This document shows, in pieces, positions 39,904 to 53,695 of a stretch of DNA of 64,000 nt. Positions within the stretch are counted from its first letter, which is position 1; each line of letters begins with the position of its first letter. The stretch comes from Phoronis australis (Eukaryota; Animalia; Phoronida): NCBI GenBank assembly GCA_002633005.1, contig NMRA01000993.1:12014-76013 (forward strand), given 5' to 3'. The notes beneath the pieces are model-generated. The model searched no databases and was not told where the DNA came from. It saw nothing but the letters and a program-made list of their open reading frames with translations. Made by a program: the position numbers and the translations under genes.

Positions 39904-40622
39904 GTGAATGCTTGTAGAAATAATAATAATAATAACAATATGTAAAGCAATGCAGCTTCTTTGTTGTCTTTCAATCAGTGCCAAGAGTTTCTTTATTTCT
40001 GGTGCCTATGACATCAGACACGTGGCTACAGCTGTATATGGAACGCCCCTAGCGTCACCTTCTGACGGGTCTTTTCAGACACGTTACGAGTCATCGAGGC
40101 GCGTCAGAGTTGACTCAAAATATACTTCCCAAATGTGTCAAGTTACCGCCCATTTACTGTGGGACCAATAAGACTTTGTCATTTGCTCAGCTATGACGTA
40201 TGCTTCGATGTCAGTTAGTTTACGCCCCAACTGACCCGATATTTGACTAGCCTAAAAGGTCATTAGCCACCCCACTTTGCATTTGACGAATAAGGGACAA
40301 GTTAACATTCACACTCGTATCAATTAAATGAATCATAATCCACCTCTGTGGAGTTAAGCGCCCAGCAACAGTATAACGGTGGCTTCTGCGTTACAATAGC
40401 ATGCAACGTCAAATTGTTATAAATATAAACGAGGCAATGCTGTGAGTGACGAGGAGTGGATGATTGTGACCTTGGAGTCACGATGAGTTTCACAATGCTG
40501 TGCCAACAGTTGTAGCTTTTATTCGCTTGATCACTGAAGATGTACCAGTTGCTATTACAGTCTTGTTCAGTGGAGACAGGCTGTCGTGTAGATTGTGAGG
40601 TTGTTTTTACACGAGGCAGTAC

Positions 40623-40773
40623 CAAAGGGGAATTTAAGGGCGGGGGGTAAGGGGGGGCCATGCCCTCCCCTAATATTCTCCCAGATTCCATTTGGTAGTA
40701 CGGGGGTGCAAATGTCTGACGGGCTAATACTCCTCCCTGGCCCCCCTAACTCAAAATTCTGGATGTGCCCCTG
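40623..40773. mobile_element. hAT-like MITE (CAGGGGC-type ends)
   Basis: caaaggggaattta ... aaattctggatgtgcccctg, flanked by agtac/agtgc. Confidence 0.5.
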
Positions 40774-41142
40774 AGTGCTGGCCATTTTTATAATATATTT
40801 TTTACGTCAAATGCTCGGTGAAGACAGGGTATGCTAAAAGTTGTTTTTTGTGAGAAAGTTGTTGCCTGTTATTGTTTGTTCTTTGAAGTACTAAAAACTA
40901 AAACGCCGTAAAATGCATTAAATTGGTCAGTGAAAAAGTCTTTTCAAAATTTATTGAATAAATTTTACTGACCACAGCATCATTTTAATGCGTTTGACCG
41001 TGTTTTTCTGTTTTTTACCTTACATCGGTAATGGCCTTCATACAGGGAAATGAATGTTTCTTGCACTTCTTAGCCAAGTACGAGTAGGGATTTGCGAGAA
41101 CTCTTAAACATGTCGTGCGTTTGAACTTAAAACATTAAGTAG

Positions 41143-41424
41143 CATAGGAGGATTTAGGGGGGTCGCCCCCCGGCTGCCACACGCAAAATGAAGCAGCAAC
41201 AGCGTGAACCGTGAGGAAATATAGAGTTCAGCAACTAGGACCGGTAGCGGATGAGGGGGGCTCACATACCAGAGGAATCGTGTCCACCGATAGATTTTCT
41301 GAAGGGAACGTCCACATCCCGGCCCCCATAACTTTCGGGCCCCTGTGCACATACAATCGCGCTTTGCCCAATTCCCCAAGGCAACATGTTGGGCACCCCT
41401 TATGGTATCCTAGATCTGCTACTG
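41143..41424. mobile_element. hAT-like MITE with 5-bp TSD
   Basis: AGTAG|cataggaggatttagg ... cctagatctgctactg|AGTAG. Confidence 0.65.
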
Positions 41425-42739
41425 AGTAGAGATGCCTTTAATAAAGGGACAATGTCTCTCTAATTGAGAAGCCATACGGTGGCCAGAGGCATGACATTTG
41501 AATTATAGGATTACCATAACAATACTTCTGTTTCTTTTCAAGATATGTTTGAAGGACTGTATAACACAATATATGAAATTGCTTAGCAATACAAGTGTTT
41601 GAGATTTGCCTAGGAATAGCAGTTTCACCTTCAACAGTGGTGGTAATATCAGGTGTCCCAAAAGCATTCAGCTGATATTGGAGCTATGGGATGTCCCAAT
41701 AAAAATTGGCACAAAGTAATTTTATGTTATTTCCAATGAGAACATGAATTATGTAAGAAAAGCTGTAAAAATTCTTTAATACCCTGACACATCCTTGGGG
41801 ATGATTGATACTGAGGATGTTTTCTATTTTTTATCGTAGGTTTGGCCTAGTAATTAAAAATACATCCAATCAAGATCATGTCAGAAAATTATTAATGCCC
41901 AGGCTTCTAATTGAAGCTTTATCATACAGTAGTCACAGGTCTTTGAACAGCAATTCAGCCATGACCACAAATATCAAGGCTTTAAAATCACATTTAAAGC
42001 CAGTCGAGAGCAGAATCCCACAAATTACGTCAAACATACACAGGAAAGAATTGACAGAACAAACTAACAACTTAATGAATCCTTCCCATTCAATGCAGAA
42101 ACTCTAGTATAACAGATTACAAGTTACTAGCTTGTGAAAGACCATTTCAACTGGTAAATTAACATGAGCACCTCGCCTATGAATATGAACTTGTAATAGA
42201 ATTTACAAATCGCAGTGTTTTCTGATACACTTGTAAGCTGTGAGTTTCTATAATGTATAGTGAAGATACAAGTTCGTCAAGCCAAGATAGGTTGTTACTT
42301 GAGAGAGGACATGGAGAACATTCTGGAGCTATTCATTCTTGGGTATGTAGATCAGCATTTGTAGACATGTTTCTCGAACAGCTCAGCAGTCAGATTGCTG
42401 TACGGCAGTGCCAACACTTGCAGAACAAACAGCCTGTATGATGACTCTCTGTTCACAAACCATGGTGGTTCCATTGACCTTAAAAGGCTTTCAATGATTG
42501 ATTAATTTTGAGTAAAAACACATAGTGCAAGCACCAAAAGGACAGATAATCATCTGGATCCAAAACACGTTTCTCCTCTAAAAAATGGTGACACCACGCC
42601 ACATATCTCGCCACAGTCTTTCTATCCTCTGATTGTACACACTTTTTCCTTGAATGGCACTCCCTCTGTCCAGATCACGGAACATTTCCATGAATGCACC
42701 ATGGTCACATCTAACTCGCGAGGGTACACCTTACTTCAT

Positions 42740-43630
42740 TACCGCTTTTTGAAAGCAATCAAGGACAGTTGGGTTCATAGAGGGGCAGACGCCAAAAATA
42801 GACAAGAAAACAGTAAAAAATGCCACTAGATGGCGCAAAATACGTCCAACCAATAACAAAATAGGAAAATGTCACCACTTCTTTAATAGAAACGTATTTA
42901 CAAAATTTCATACAAATCCATCAAGGAACTTCAGAGAAACAGAGGAAAATGAAAAAAATGAAATTGCCGGAAAATGGTGTCATACCACTAATTGAAGCCC
43001 ATGTGAAAAATTTCATGAAAATCCGTTGAGGTGAACATAAAAAATAAAAATTGCCACTAGGGGGCACACCGATAGTCCGATCCGTCTGAAAGCTGTCGTA
43101 GTTTGTTGTCGACTTCATACAAATACACCACCTCAATTTAGTACAGATCCTGCATAGCGCTAAGGAGATACAGCCATGGGCACAAAAACAAACAAAATTG
43201 CCACTAGGAGGCGCCACAGCAGTTGAAGTCGTCAGAAAATCATCGTCAGCTGTCCTGGTCATAGTAACAACCTATATGCCAATTTTCATAATCATCCTTG
43301 GAGTAGTTTGGTTGATAGAGGGGCAGACGCCAAAAAACAAGACAACAAAAATGGCCACTAGTGGTTCAAAATACCGCAAATATATCTGAAAACGAGAGGT
43401 TAGCGTCATCTCACTGATAGATGCCCATATTTCAAATTTTATGAAAATCATTTTAGGATCTCTGAAGATATCGAAATAAGCGTAAAAAGTAAAATTGCCA
43501 CTAGGGGGCACACCGGTGGTCGGATAGGTCTGAAATTTGTCATCATCTGTTGTCAGCTTCATAGAAACACATCTATCAAATCTCTTCAAGATCCTGTGAG
43601 GGATTAAGGAGATACAGATGCGGACGCACA
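42740..43630. mobile_element. Repeat with ttgccactaggggg units, same family as 34195-35700, inserted in the IS3EU element
   Basis: Internally repeated block (42780 versus 43320) and reverse-complement similarity to the 34.2-35.7 kb region. Confidence 0.6.
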
Positions 43631-45049
43631 TAAACATGTGGGCGCATAAAAATGAACGGTTTTGGCAATTATTATGATCTGAAATTAGTGAAATTTTACC
43701 GCATTGCATGCCAAGAACAGCGTCAGGAAATTTTGAACTTGTTCAAAATCATTTCAACGTCGCACAACAGGTCTACAACAGATCTATATCGTAACACTGT
43801 GGTGCGGTGCCTCACATTTGTTGTATGATAGTTGTACGACTGACATACGATCTTTGGGTTATCCGAGTCTAGAATAGTCCTACAATCGTACTAGACAACC
43901 CACATACCACGAATGTGACAGGGGCTTAAGCAGCATCTGTATACAGTTGACAGTTCCATTCCATTTTTCAAAGCATTCATGACAATTCTGGTTAAAGAAC
44001 AAACAGTACCTCCATTATAGAGAACATAACATGAAAATTCACAGCTTGAGGCTAGATTAAATGCATTTAAAATTACTGCTGTCACACTCATGCATTTTTC
44101 TTCTTGACATAAACATCGTATGTATGTTTTAACATCACATTAAAAGCATTTTGTTCCAGTGTTCTGTTTCAGAAAACATCTTGAGAACCATATTGAAAGT
44201 AAACAACAAATTTACAGGGCTCATTTTTGGAGCACACTACATGTCCTGGGCACAATTAAATTTCATACGACATACTGAAATCTTGTCTCGCACGTCATTT
44301 GGTATGTTCGTTTTCCTCAGCCTGCAACTGAGCACATGTGCCACCAACATTTAAGTAGAACTTGCTTTGATTATGATGGTCGAACTATTAATGTACATCG
44401 TTCTTTAGTTTTCTCAATGCCCATTCAAGACTTAAGATAAAAGTACAATTTTGATATATTTTTGGACAATTACTCCTATTTTTGTTACTCCCAGAGTTGG
44501 GTGGAATTGTGTTTTTTCAAAAACAAGAAGAGTTGGTCTATAATCGGAGCACCATGGTGCATCTGTATGAGGTGACTCGCACGCACATAATTGCGAAGCT
44601 TAAGTACATGCACATATATGTGCGGAACATTTGAGTACGAAAGTTTGGCAAAAAATGGATTGACTTGTTTCACATGCGCTTATTTGCAGGTTTTGACGGT
44701 AATTATAATCCACTGATAAATAATTTAGTTGAACTTTGAAGTGCAATTTAAGAATACAAACCAACTGTGCTTCCAACAGCTGAGTCTAGTTGTGAGTCTG
44801 CAACCTCATTGTATTATCTTGAATACTTGGCATACTCCCTGAGGACGAAGAAACATCGACATATTAACGTCGAAGACTATGCACCATGCGTGGCTTTAGG
44901 ATACACCTGTCAAGAGTGTGCATACTACTTCAAGTGATTGCTTAACAGTTACATAAACACAAAATGTAAAATGTGTCAAATAGGGATAGTAACTGCACTA
45001 TTACTGTTTAAAGGGGTTTGACACAGTTTGCCAAAAAGTTGAAAAGCAG

Positions 45050-45290
45050 TAGTCTAGTTGCCAAAAAGTTGACCCTGCAAAGTTGTTTACTGTAAAGTTT
45101 TCTTTTGGAAATTTATTATATATGGTTAGGAGAATAAAAGTAACTTGGTTGCATTTTGTGCAACTTTGAACATTTTTTATAGTTCAAGATGGCGGCTTCC
45201 GCCACCTTGAATTTCGCCTAATTTCCACACTCTGTACATGATACCGTGTAGGAACATGTAATTCATGGTTTCCAATGTTCAATGGATGAG
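45050..45290 (-). repeat. Terminal fragment of the Academ-like element seen at about 1625-1866
   Basis: Reverse-complement similarity starting tagtctagttgccaaaaagttgaccctgcaa. Confidence 0.7.
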
Positions 45291-46558
45291 ATTTACCAGA
45301 AACAATCTAAAGATTCTTTACTATACCACAAAAATGATACAATTGCACGTGATATGGTAGAGGAAGTAACTCCCATTGATTCGGCCATCTCTTGTCGTGT
45401 GAAGTTTGCCTTTATCATACACTCTAAGTGAGATGAGGTTCTGTCAAACTTTGATTGTGCCCAAATATCGTTGCCCCTGCAATGTACATGTGTTTTCACA
45501 TGTAATACACATCACACACTGAAATGTTAAACAAAAGAATAGAGAGCTTTTGTATATGGCCAGTTACAGGATACCAAATACACATATATTCGTAAACAAC
45601 ATCACGCTGAAATGCACACAGGTGAGTTTTGGTCATGTAAAACGAGGGACATCTGTATGGAATCATTTTCAAATAGGTTTTTGGTACTAATTATTCAGTA
45701 ACCAGTCATCCTTACGTTCTCTATTAACTCGTGCAATAAATCTGGCAGCACTGAACACCTAGTCATGCACATAGGAATAACCTGAAAATGCTATTACCCA
45801 CAGTAGAGGGATCTCAAGGTAAAGGTGACATGCTGGTACCTTTAATAAGCATCGGTTCAATTGTTAAAATTACACTGTGTTAAAAAGAGGTAGTCATATT
45901 ACTAGTACTCATTCAATTGATTTACAAGGCCAAAACTACAATACGCAAACAATGATGCTCACTTGATTCATATGCCGCTTGATCTGCCTCCTCCATTAAC
46001 CTCCTAGCAAAATTCAATAGTTTTGCTGCATAAGCCTGATCAACACCACCACCAATAACAGCATTTTGTATACTTCTAGTTAAACTAGTCAACCTGTAAA
46101 ATAACAATAAGTTATTTATCAAACTGTTACTCTGGAAGGGCCAGGCACATTGCAAGACACTGAGAATATTTTTGTCTCAACATCAATTTCTGTGTAATAG
46201 ATGGCTGGGCCAAATCCATTATTCATAGGAAACGACTCAAACATGAGAGTAAACTGCCGCAAGGGCTTTTTGAAGAAATGTGGGCGTCCTGTTATAGGGA
46301 CTGGTGCAAATTTTTAGTAAACACCTTTCACACAAGAATGCAAGATTGACAGATCACACAAAAATCTGGGGTACTAGTATCAAGGTTCAGTGTTCATGCC
46401 TATTGGAGTACCGTTCATTCAGTAACGTGACACATTCAAGGAATTTGCCAGCTTTTGGCCACATTCATTCAAGATATGTGTCTTTTTCACTATATAGTGT
46501 GTAGGAGGGGGCAGAATTTTCTGGGTAAGCCACTCTGAGGCCGAAACTTGCTTTGAGC

Positions 46559-47047
46559 TGCTGTACGTGAACTTGGAATCCTGCTTAATCTCAAGATTAA
46601 GCGGAAGTGAGTGTTGCGTGAACTTGGAATACGCGAAGCAACTTGACAAGTTCACTCAAATAATCACGTTCATGTTCGTAAAAATTTGCACTGCATTCAA
46701 ATCAAGTTACAATTGAATAAAATATTGTCAATTTTAACCAACCTTTTTAACTACGAGCGATCAGTTTCACCACCCAATAATCAATTAACCCTTCACATAT
46801 TCCACCTGTTCAGCGACATTAGTTATGGTAAAGGAGAAAATGGTTGATCGCGAGGCCAATAATTACAAAAATCCTTTTCACCGAAAAAAAATTTCTGATC
46901 ACCTTTTTGCCTTAAAGAATATTCAATTCCAAGTTCACGCAACACTCACTTCCGCTTAATCTTGAGATTAAGCAGGATTCCAAGTTCACGCAACACTCAC
47001 TTCCGCTTAATCTTGAGATTAAGCAGGATTCCAAGTTCACGCACAGC
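46559..47047. mobile_element. MITE with long structured TIRs
   Basis: A 53-bp unit (gtgaacttggaatcctgcttaatctcaagattaagcggaagtgagtgttgc) occurs once on the left and twice inverted on the right; it contains an internal palindrome. Confidence 0.75.
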
Positions 47048-49437
47048 ACAGCCACGTGGCAAGCACTGAAACCTGGGGCTACATCAGTCTTCTTTTTGTG
47101 AATTTAGGTCAGAGGTATATACATGTGTCCCTCTATGATTTTTTGTGTCACTGATTACAAAAGAGGGAATTTCTGGTTTCCAAGTAGGTTAAATACCTTT
47201 TTGGTAGCCAAATTCTGACCTCTTGGTGGCACACTTTCACTAGAGTAGAGAACCACCCCTCCCTTCTGATGAAATTAACCCAAACAAAAGGCGGTTTTTG
47301 GGAAAATTTTTGTCAAAAAGTGAGTTTTCCAAGGAGTTTCTTACAGATGGGCCCCTTTGCCGGTACTGCGATATAGAGTCCACTCTCTAAATGGGTGTGC
47401 ATCATAATTTTCCAAATCAGAAGTACCTTCCCGACTTCCCGTAGTAGTCTTTAGACTATAGTTAATTGTCAACACGGGGTACGACTCTATTCGTTTGCAC
47501 AACCTACACTGATAGTACACAAATCGAGCACACACGGCCAACAAAAATGACAACTTACTTCGCTTTCACTAAAGTGACGGTTTCTTGCAACACTTGGTCC
47601 ATTGAAATATGTCTACAGCAACACTCTAGGTCACGTTTACAATCGACAACAAATTCAGACATCGTGACATCGATCCCAGTACACAAGCTTGCACCACGAA
47701 GTTCCATTATAAATGTCGCGCTTCTTCTGACCGCCATGTTGGCTTAACTCTTTTGCACTCGCCGACACGCGCTTACGCTTTGCTGTTGGTCGTACTCATG
47801 TTTGGTGAAAGGAATTCCTGGAATGCACCATCACAAGAAATTGTCGTCGCCGTACCCATCTTCGTTATTAGTACTTGCTGATCGTACAAATTCCTTGAAG
47901 CCATCCCGAATGCACATTTCCGGGACACTTCCGTGTTCAGTAACTCCTGTTTTTGTCTCTTGGAATACTAAGTCGATATATGATTGACAACCTTTGTTCT
48001 TGTCAGTCACCTCAAAACATGACGATCTCATTGGTTTAGTCAACACACTGTAAAACCTTAACACTGATTGGTTCTTTTGAGAACATCCACACGAGTTCGA
48101 CAGCATCATTGACGCGTCAGCGTGTCAAAAATGACTCGTCACGTGTCAGAAAAGACCCGTCACAAGGTGACGCTAGGGGCGTTCCATAGCTGTATACATG
48201 TACGTGTATGTACATGTATGTACCACGATACGTGTTGAAGTAAAATACATTTATTCATAGTGAGCTCGCCACGAACTCTCCCTAAAAACCACGCAAAACT
48301 TAGTTTTGAGAAACCTGACAACTCACTGTTCAGGTTAGAACTAGGACCAATATCAAAAGGACTGGCAACTGCTTCAAACAACAAAGAAAACCTCAACTCT
48401 TGCTATATTATGATCGCCACGCGAGACTTCACGATAGCGTTGTTTTGCCCTGTTTGCCGTCGCCATATTGTTCTCGATTTGTCTTGGAAGTCTCTGGTGT
48501 AATTCGACGGATAATCTTTCCTTGGATATTATACTAAAAGAAGGTAAGACATTTTCTATAGATCTGGTGTAACGATTGATGTGGTAAAGTCATAGTATAG
48601 AACTCGAGGTCATCTATATTTTTGTCGTAAGTATCGATTTCGTTCCCCCGGTTTTAGTCGCTTGCACTCGCTTGGATGTGGAAAGCAATTTATCGAATTG
48701 GTGAAAATCTACCAATTTGTTACTGAAATTGTAAGCAAATGCCGCCACACCGAACATTGAATTAACCAATGTCGTGAACAGTTGTCTTTGTTTTACTGTT
48801 TGAAGAAGTCCATTTTTTATTGTTTTCGTTTTTTTTTCCTGCAAACGAAGATCAAAAATGCGCGTAATATTGGAATTGATCGTAAGTGCCTAAAACTGCG
48901 TCTGTATCAACACGGAAATCGTGAATTTCATAACATTATTCTGAAATTCGTTTGCGTTGTTGACTGTCATATTTATGCAATTTCAGTTAAAGTGATGTTG
49001 TTATTTTGGTGTGACGCAGCCGTTTTATTAGCTGCTAAAAACTTCAAAAAAGTTTAAGGAAATAATGTGATTGGAATCCATGATGGCCGCCACCATCTGC
49101 CGCCGGTCACTCTGTTGTCGACTTCATTGTAATTCGAATGTAGGGCAGCTGCTAGTTGCCACAAAATGTTTATTATTATTCAGAATTTCAATGTTTGTTT
49201 CAGAATCAAAAAACTTTAGCTCTCAAGAAGTGGGGGAAATTGGTGAAACAAAGGTTCTAGCTGACTTGGGCTTAATGAGATAAGTTTTTCTTGACTTTAT
49301 TTTTGCAGCTTTATTCAATCACCTCCATTCTGAGCAGTTTGATTTTACTGTCAGTTGTGAATGTCCTTAAAGTTACTGTCTACGTTCATTAACAAGGATC
49401 CAATTTCTTGGATAACTTTTCAATTATTAATAATCAG

Positions 49438-49679
49438 GGGCCTGTTCCTAGAAACTGACTTCAGTAAAGTTTTGACTTAAGTCTGTGATTTATCTTAAGT
49501 TCCAAACTTTGAAATTCCACATTTGGAAAGTTAGTCAAAATTAAGACAAAATTAAGGTAACACACTTATGTCAAACTTAAGATCTCTTTCTTGAATTGGT
49601 TTTGAAACAAATCTATTTTTTTAAATTTACTAAAATTTAAGATTTGTCTTAGCTATGTCAGTTTTGTTGGAACGGGCCC
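49438..49679. mobile_element. Harbinger-type MITE
   Basis: CAG|GGGCCTGTTCC ... GGAACGGGCCC|CAG. Confidence 0.75.
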
Positions 49680-51313
49680 CAGGACTCGACACAACGACCT
49701 GCTGGTCGCATTTGCGATCTGGAAATGCGAGCTGAGATTTTTGCCATCTCGTAACAAGTTGTAAAATGCGACCTAGATTTTCCAACGTATGCAAACTGAG
49801 ATTTTACACTTCTCGGAAGATATCAGTAGAAAATAACTCGCGTGAATCCGACCATTATTTGATAATGCGAAATCAAGTTCAAAAGAACACTAACCAAGAA
49901 AAGCCCACCCGATGACTTATAAGCATGTGGCGTGAACATGGATAATGCAGAATTGATCTTCAACGCATTTCATTGGCTAACATTTTCGGCTACTTTTGCA
50001 AATTTCCGGCTGTGCCGAAGAGAGTTTCGGACCACGGCATAATGTGTGATAAAATGACACAATACGGGTGTTTCTACTAAGTCCTAGACGATCAACCTGC
50101 CAAATTTTGTGATGGAAAGCAGCTCTGTTTTTCAAGTAAGATGTCCTTATTATCAAATATCCACGACAAAATCCCTGATGTTGCTTTTCTGCACTGGTTG
50201 GTGCCGTTGTTAGCGCACAAGCCACACTCCGGGCAGACGACCGTGACTTGGAAATGTGCATCTCGTTATTTATCGCAACAATTTCCCGGCGGTTATGAAA
50301 GTTCCGATGCCTTAATGATATTACCCGGAACTGATTTTTATAGCATCGATCCCTGATAAAAGACCCACAGAATGTATATTTTTCAAATTCTTGAGAATCC
50401 TCAAGGATTTCAAAATATATAAATGTAGTTTTACGGGTCTACTGTTAAGTATTGAAATGTTATGTAAAAATATTAAATCTTTAAGCAGTGACTGTAAGAC
50501 ATAAAGATCTATATTTTGAAGAGACTTCACATGTTGCAATATTCTGTGTTTCAGAAGATGCCAAAACCGCCAAGAACGCAAAAAGTATGGTATCATAGTA
50601 AGGAGGACAAGAGGAAGAGTTGTTAAAACACACGCTGAACATCCGTATTCATGTGTGAGTCAGCCATAGGAACAGTCGTCGCATCCTTCAGTTGGTTCAT
50701 CGTTTTGGGAAATTCACAATTTCAATTATGCTGGCAGTGGGTACGACCATGAAGAAAGGATGGACCTTGACGGTCATCATGCGGATGAATTTTATGTCAT
50801 CTTGGACAGTGGCCCCGTTCTCGTCAGTCCAGACAGATACACTGACGTGTTGTACAAGACACTGCGTATGAGAAACTGAAATTGTGTGAAAAACAGTGAG
50901 CCACCAGAAGGCTATTTTTACTATTCAAAGTGTAACTGTATTCAATATGTCAGTCTGATTGAAGGTAACAACCCCTCTTTGAAATTCTCAGTTACTATAT
51001 ATTGAGATTTTTTGCTCATGTGAATGTTCACACAAAAATGTTGCCTGCTTCCAGTGTTTTTTTGGACTGGCTTACCCAGTGATGAAAACAGTCTACCTAA
51101 TAGGTTATCTATGTTTAATGTCTGTTCTTGTAACGATAAGGAGGACTTCCAGTGCTTTGTCTCTATTGGGTGTGGCATATCGGGTAGTCAGGCACAGTCA
51201 ATTCAGGCATATCGGGAATTGTATAACTGTCAGTCAACAATTAGACATGTAGGTTGTGAACTTCTTGTCTGGCAAGGCCAATTATGTTGTAGGTGTAGGC
51301 TCTATACACCTGT

Positions 51314-52683
51314 CATAGGCGGATTTAGGGGGGGGCAGGGGGCCCGCCCCCCCTCGTGTGGTATATCAATGCGTGTTGTGGCCGATAAATGGCGCGCACG
51401 TGGTAAAAAGTAAAACAACACACGAATACTTTAACAATAGAATACGTCTATTAATTTGCAGCGTTGTGATTTACAAATTAAAGATTACAATAAGTTGTGA
51501 GACTGACGACTAACTGATTGAGACAAGGTATCCCTACTAGAAAACTACTAATCAACAGTGCCACTGGTTCCCGTAGCTACCGCACACGTTAACACAAAAC
51601 AAGTCACAACAGAACTAACCCTTCAGAACAATCACTAGCCAGTTCAAATTGACTAACAGGCTGAGACCAACGCCCGTGATAAATGTCTATACCTCAGATG
51701 TTCTTTTCCCCTTGACTCTTGGTCACTGAAGTTGTTCGTCTGGCCCCGGCTTCGTCTTAGAAGTTTGAAGGTTATCTTCCAGCTCTGGAGTCGTGCCCCG
51801 TAGTCTGCAGTTTTGATCTAAGGTGGATCCAGTCTGCCCTGGTCTCGAGAGCCAGTGCTTTAAATACTAAACTAAGTGGCATCACGGATGGACCCACTCT
51901 ATATGTACATATATGTCCATCTCTCTATGACGAGCTGAATATAACGAACTAACTGACCACACGATGGACTCACTCTGCATGTACATATATGTCCATCTCC
52001 CTATAACTCAAAATTCCAGCATAGCTGCCACTATTCCCGTATTATTGCATAACTGCCTCTATTTCTGGGTTTTCAACATCAGAGCACTATCCCTGGATTT
52101 AACTACCTCAGAGATAGCATATCCCCTGAAATTTATTGCACATGGAGGGCATAGCCTCATTATATTACACCTTTAAATTCAGTACACGCTGACAGTAANA
52201 TTTGGTCTTTTGGGCATTTGAAGACTATTTTAAATACGACAAATTTGTTAAGAATTCATGGCACAAAATATAAAACGTGTAATAAGCATTACGAAAAGAA
52301 GTAGGTTTCGCGCGCAAACGCTGTGGACCATAAACAAGTAGATCTTTTAGTATGAGATTACTAGTTAAATCGTGGTGGTGTAGTGGTAACACATGCGGTC
52401 TCTGACCGCCAGGTCGTGAGTTCAAGTCTTTGGTACGTTCAGTTTTCCTGTTTGACACGTTCTCCATGTTTTTTTTCTTGAATAATACTTCAGGAATCAA
52501 GGAAAATGCTTGATTTTTAGAGGTAAAAACAGAAAAATTTCCTGAGCGGGAGGGGGTTTGCCCCCCTCCCGACCTCACCCCATTCGGTGCTATACGCATC
52601 TACAATCGTGGTTCAGTTTGCGCAAATGCTTACAGCCGGACAAAATGTTGCCCCCCCCTTGTGATATCCTAGATCCGCCACTG
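51314..52683. mobile_element. hAT-like element, same ends as 41143-41424, with nested sequence
   Basis: cataggcggatttagggg ... cctagatccgccactg; contains an N at 52199 and a tRNA-like sequence; TSD not clear. Confidence 0.55.
52370..52435 (+). other. tRNA-like sequence (tRNA-Gln-like pseudogene or SINE head)
   Basis: A-box tggtgtagtgg, stem-loop gcggtc-tct-gaccgc around CTG, B-box gagttcaagtc; acceptor stem does not pair. Confidence 0.45.
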
Positions 52684-52915
52684 CGGCTGTAGTGCCACTC
52701 TGCGCAAGTTCCTCTCTAGGTCTATTACTAGAAGTCGTAATGCTCCGTCAGAGAGCTTAATCTCTAGTCGTAAAAGGGAGAGTTGTATGACACCCATGGA
52801 TCTTAAACAAAAAGTTCCGAAAGCAAGTACGCACTCAGTTATACCACGAAGTGGAGAGTTTGCGAAAGCAGATAGATGCTTTGATTCAAGTTCAGGGTTT
52901 GGTTTTACCTGAGAC

Positions 52916-53695
52916 CATAGACTTTAGTACGTGGACCGCCAACTCCGTAATACTTTCAGTGGGCGAAATCTGCGATCTTACGCATAAGCCCTTACGTCAT
53001 TATTCACTGGCGACACTTGGCTAAATTTGCTGGTGCAATATCCGGCAAGTACGTCGTCTGCTAATCATTTTCGGCTACTGTGTGGCCGGTTGTTGGGCCA
53101 CACACGCAAAATGCAAAGGAATTAGCTTCCATACCATCCGAATATCCCATAATCGGCTGTGGAAACAAAAGCTTATTTCTTGTGTCAACGTGAATGGCAG
53201 TTGTTTCAGCAATAAGACTTTATACATTTGTTCAAGACTCTTCGAAGATGAATGTTTTTTAAGAGGCTCTACCACTTAATCTTGTCCTCACAAATCCATT
53301 TTTCTTTTCTCCGTTTTGATGAAAACTATCTGGGAAACTTTTTGACGAAAATTGTCCGCTAAATTTCTTCCAAAGGTAATGACTCGTGAACTCCTGTCCA
53401 TACAAGGAACTTCAGTCATAGTCTAGTGAGCGAATTAACCAAATTACTCTTCACTTGCGCTGATCAGACGGTTGGTCTCAGCAGAATGAGCACATTTGGT
53501 CAGGATTTGGATCAGCGATTTCAACAAATTCACATTCGTGTACAAATAAATAGAACGCTCTTAAAACCTTTAACATAAATAAAGATTACATTAATACTTC
53601 AGAAATAACCACCTTGTCCAGTCAAACTCTATCTCGCAATTCAACAGCAGATTACACAGTATATGCCGCACAAAATCTCTCGACTGAAGTCTATG
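52916..53695 (+). mobile_element. Small THAP-containing element with CATAGACTT termini
   Basis: catagactt ... aagtctatg. ORF 53082..53279 has the THAP pattern (ISFH...W...ICSRLFEDECF). No TSD found. Confidence 0.55.

Larger units (their letters stand above)
42290..47737 (-). pseudogene. IS3EU transposase pseudogene (exons about 47737-47559, 46093-45963, 45476-45330, 42730-42290)
   Basis: Kozak-like gccaacATGG. GT-AG junctions join exons 1 and 2 in matching phase. Catalytic motifs are present with stops and indels. Confidence 0.7.
40037..48188 (-). mobile_element. IS3EU DNA transposon with decayed spliced transposase and nested insertions
   Basis: TIR of about 60 bp (TATGGAACGCCCCTAGCGTCACCTT...) and 6-bp TSD GCTGTA. 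Minus-strand integrase core [11 protein letters not shown]...[20 protein letters not shown]...QWNHH (about 42460-42730) and HTH region (45293-45476). Confidence 0.88.
50560..52910 (+). pseudogene. P-element-like transposase N-terminal remnant split by an insertion
   Basis: STIRHVGCELLVWQGQLCCRCRLY (to about 51310) continues after 52684 as ATLRKFLSRS. This resembles invertebrate P-superfamily N-termini (recalled, not searched). Confidence 0.4.

Noticed and set aside
46559-47047. CRISPR-like palindromic repeats
   Set aside because: No unique spacers, inverted arrangement, eukaryotic context and no cas genes
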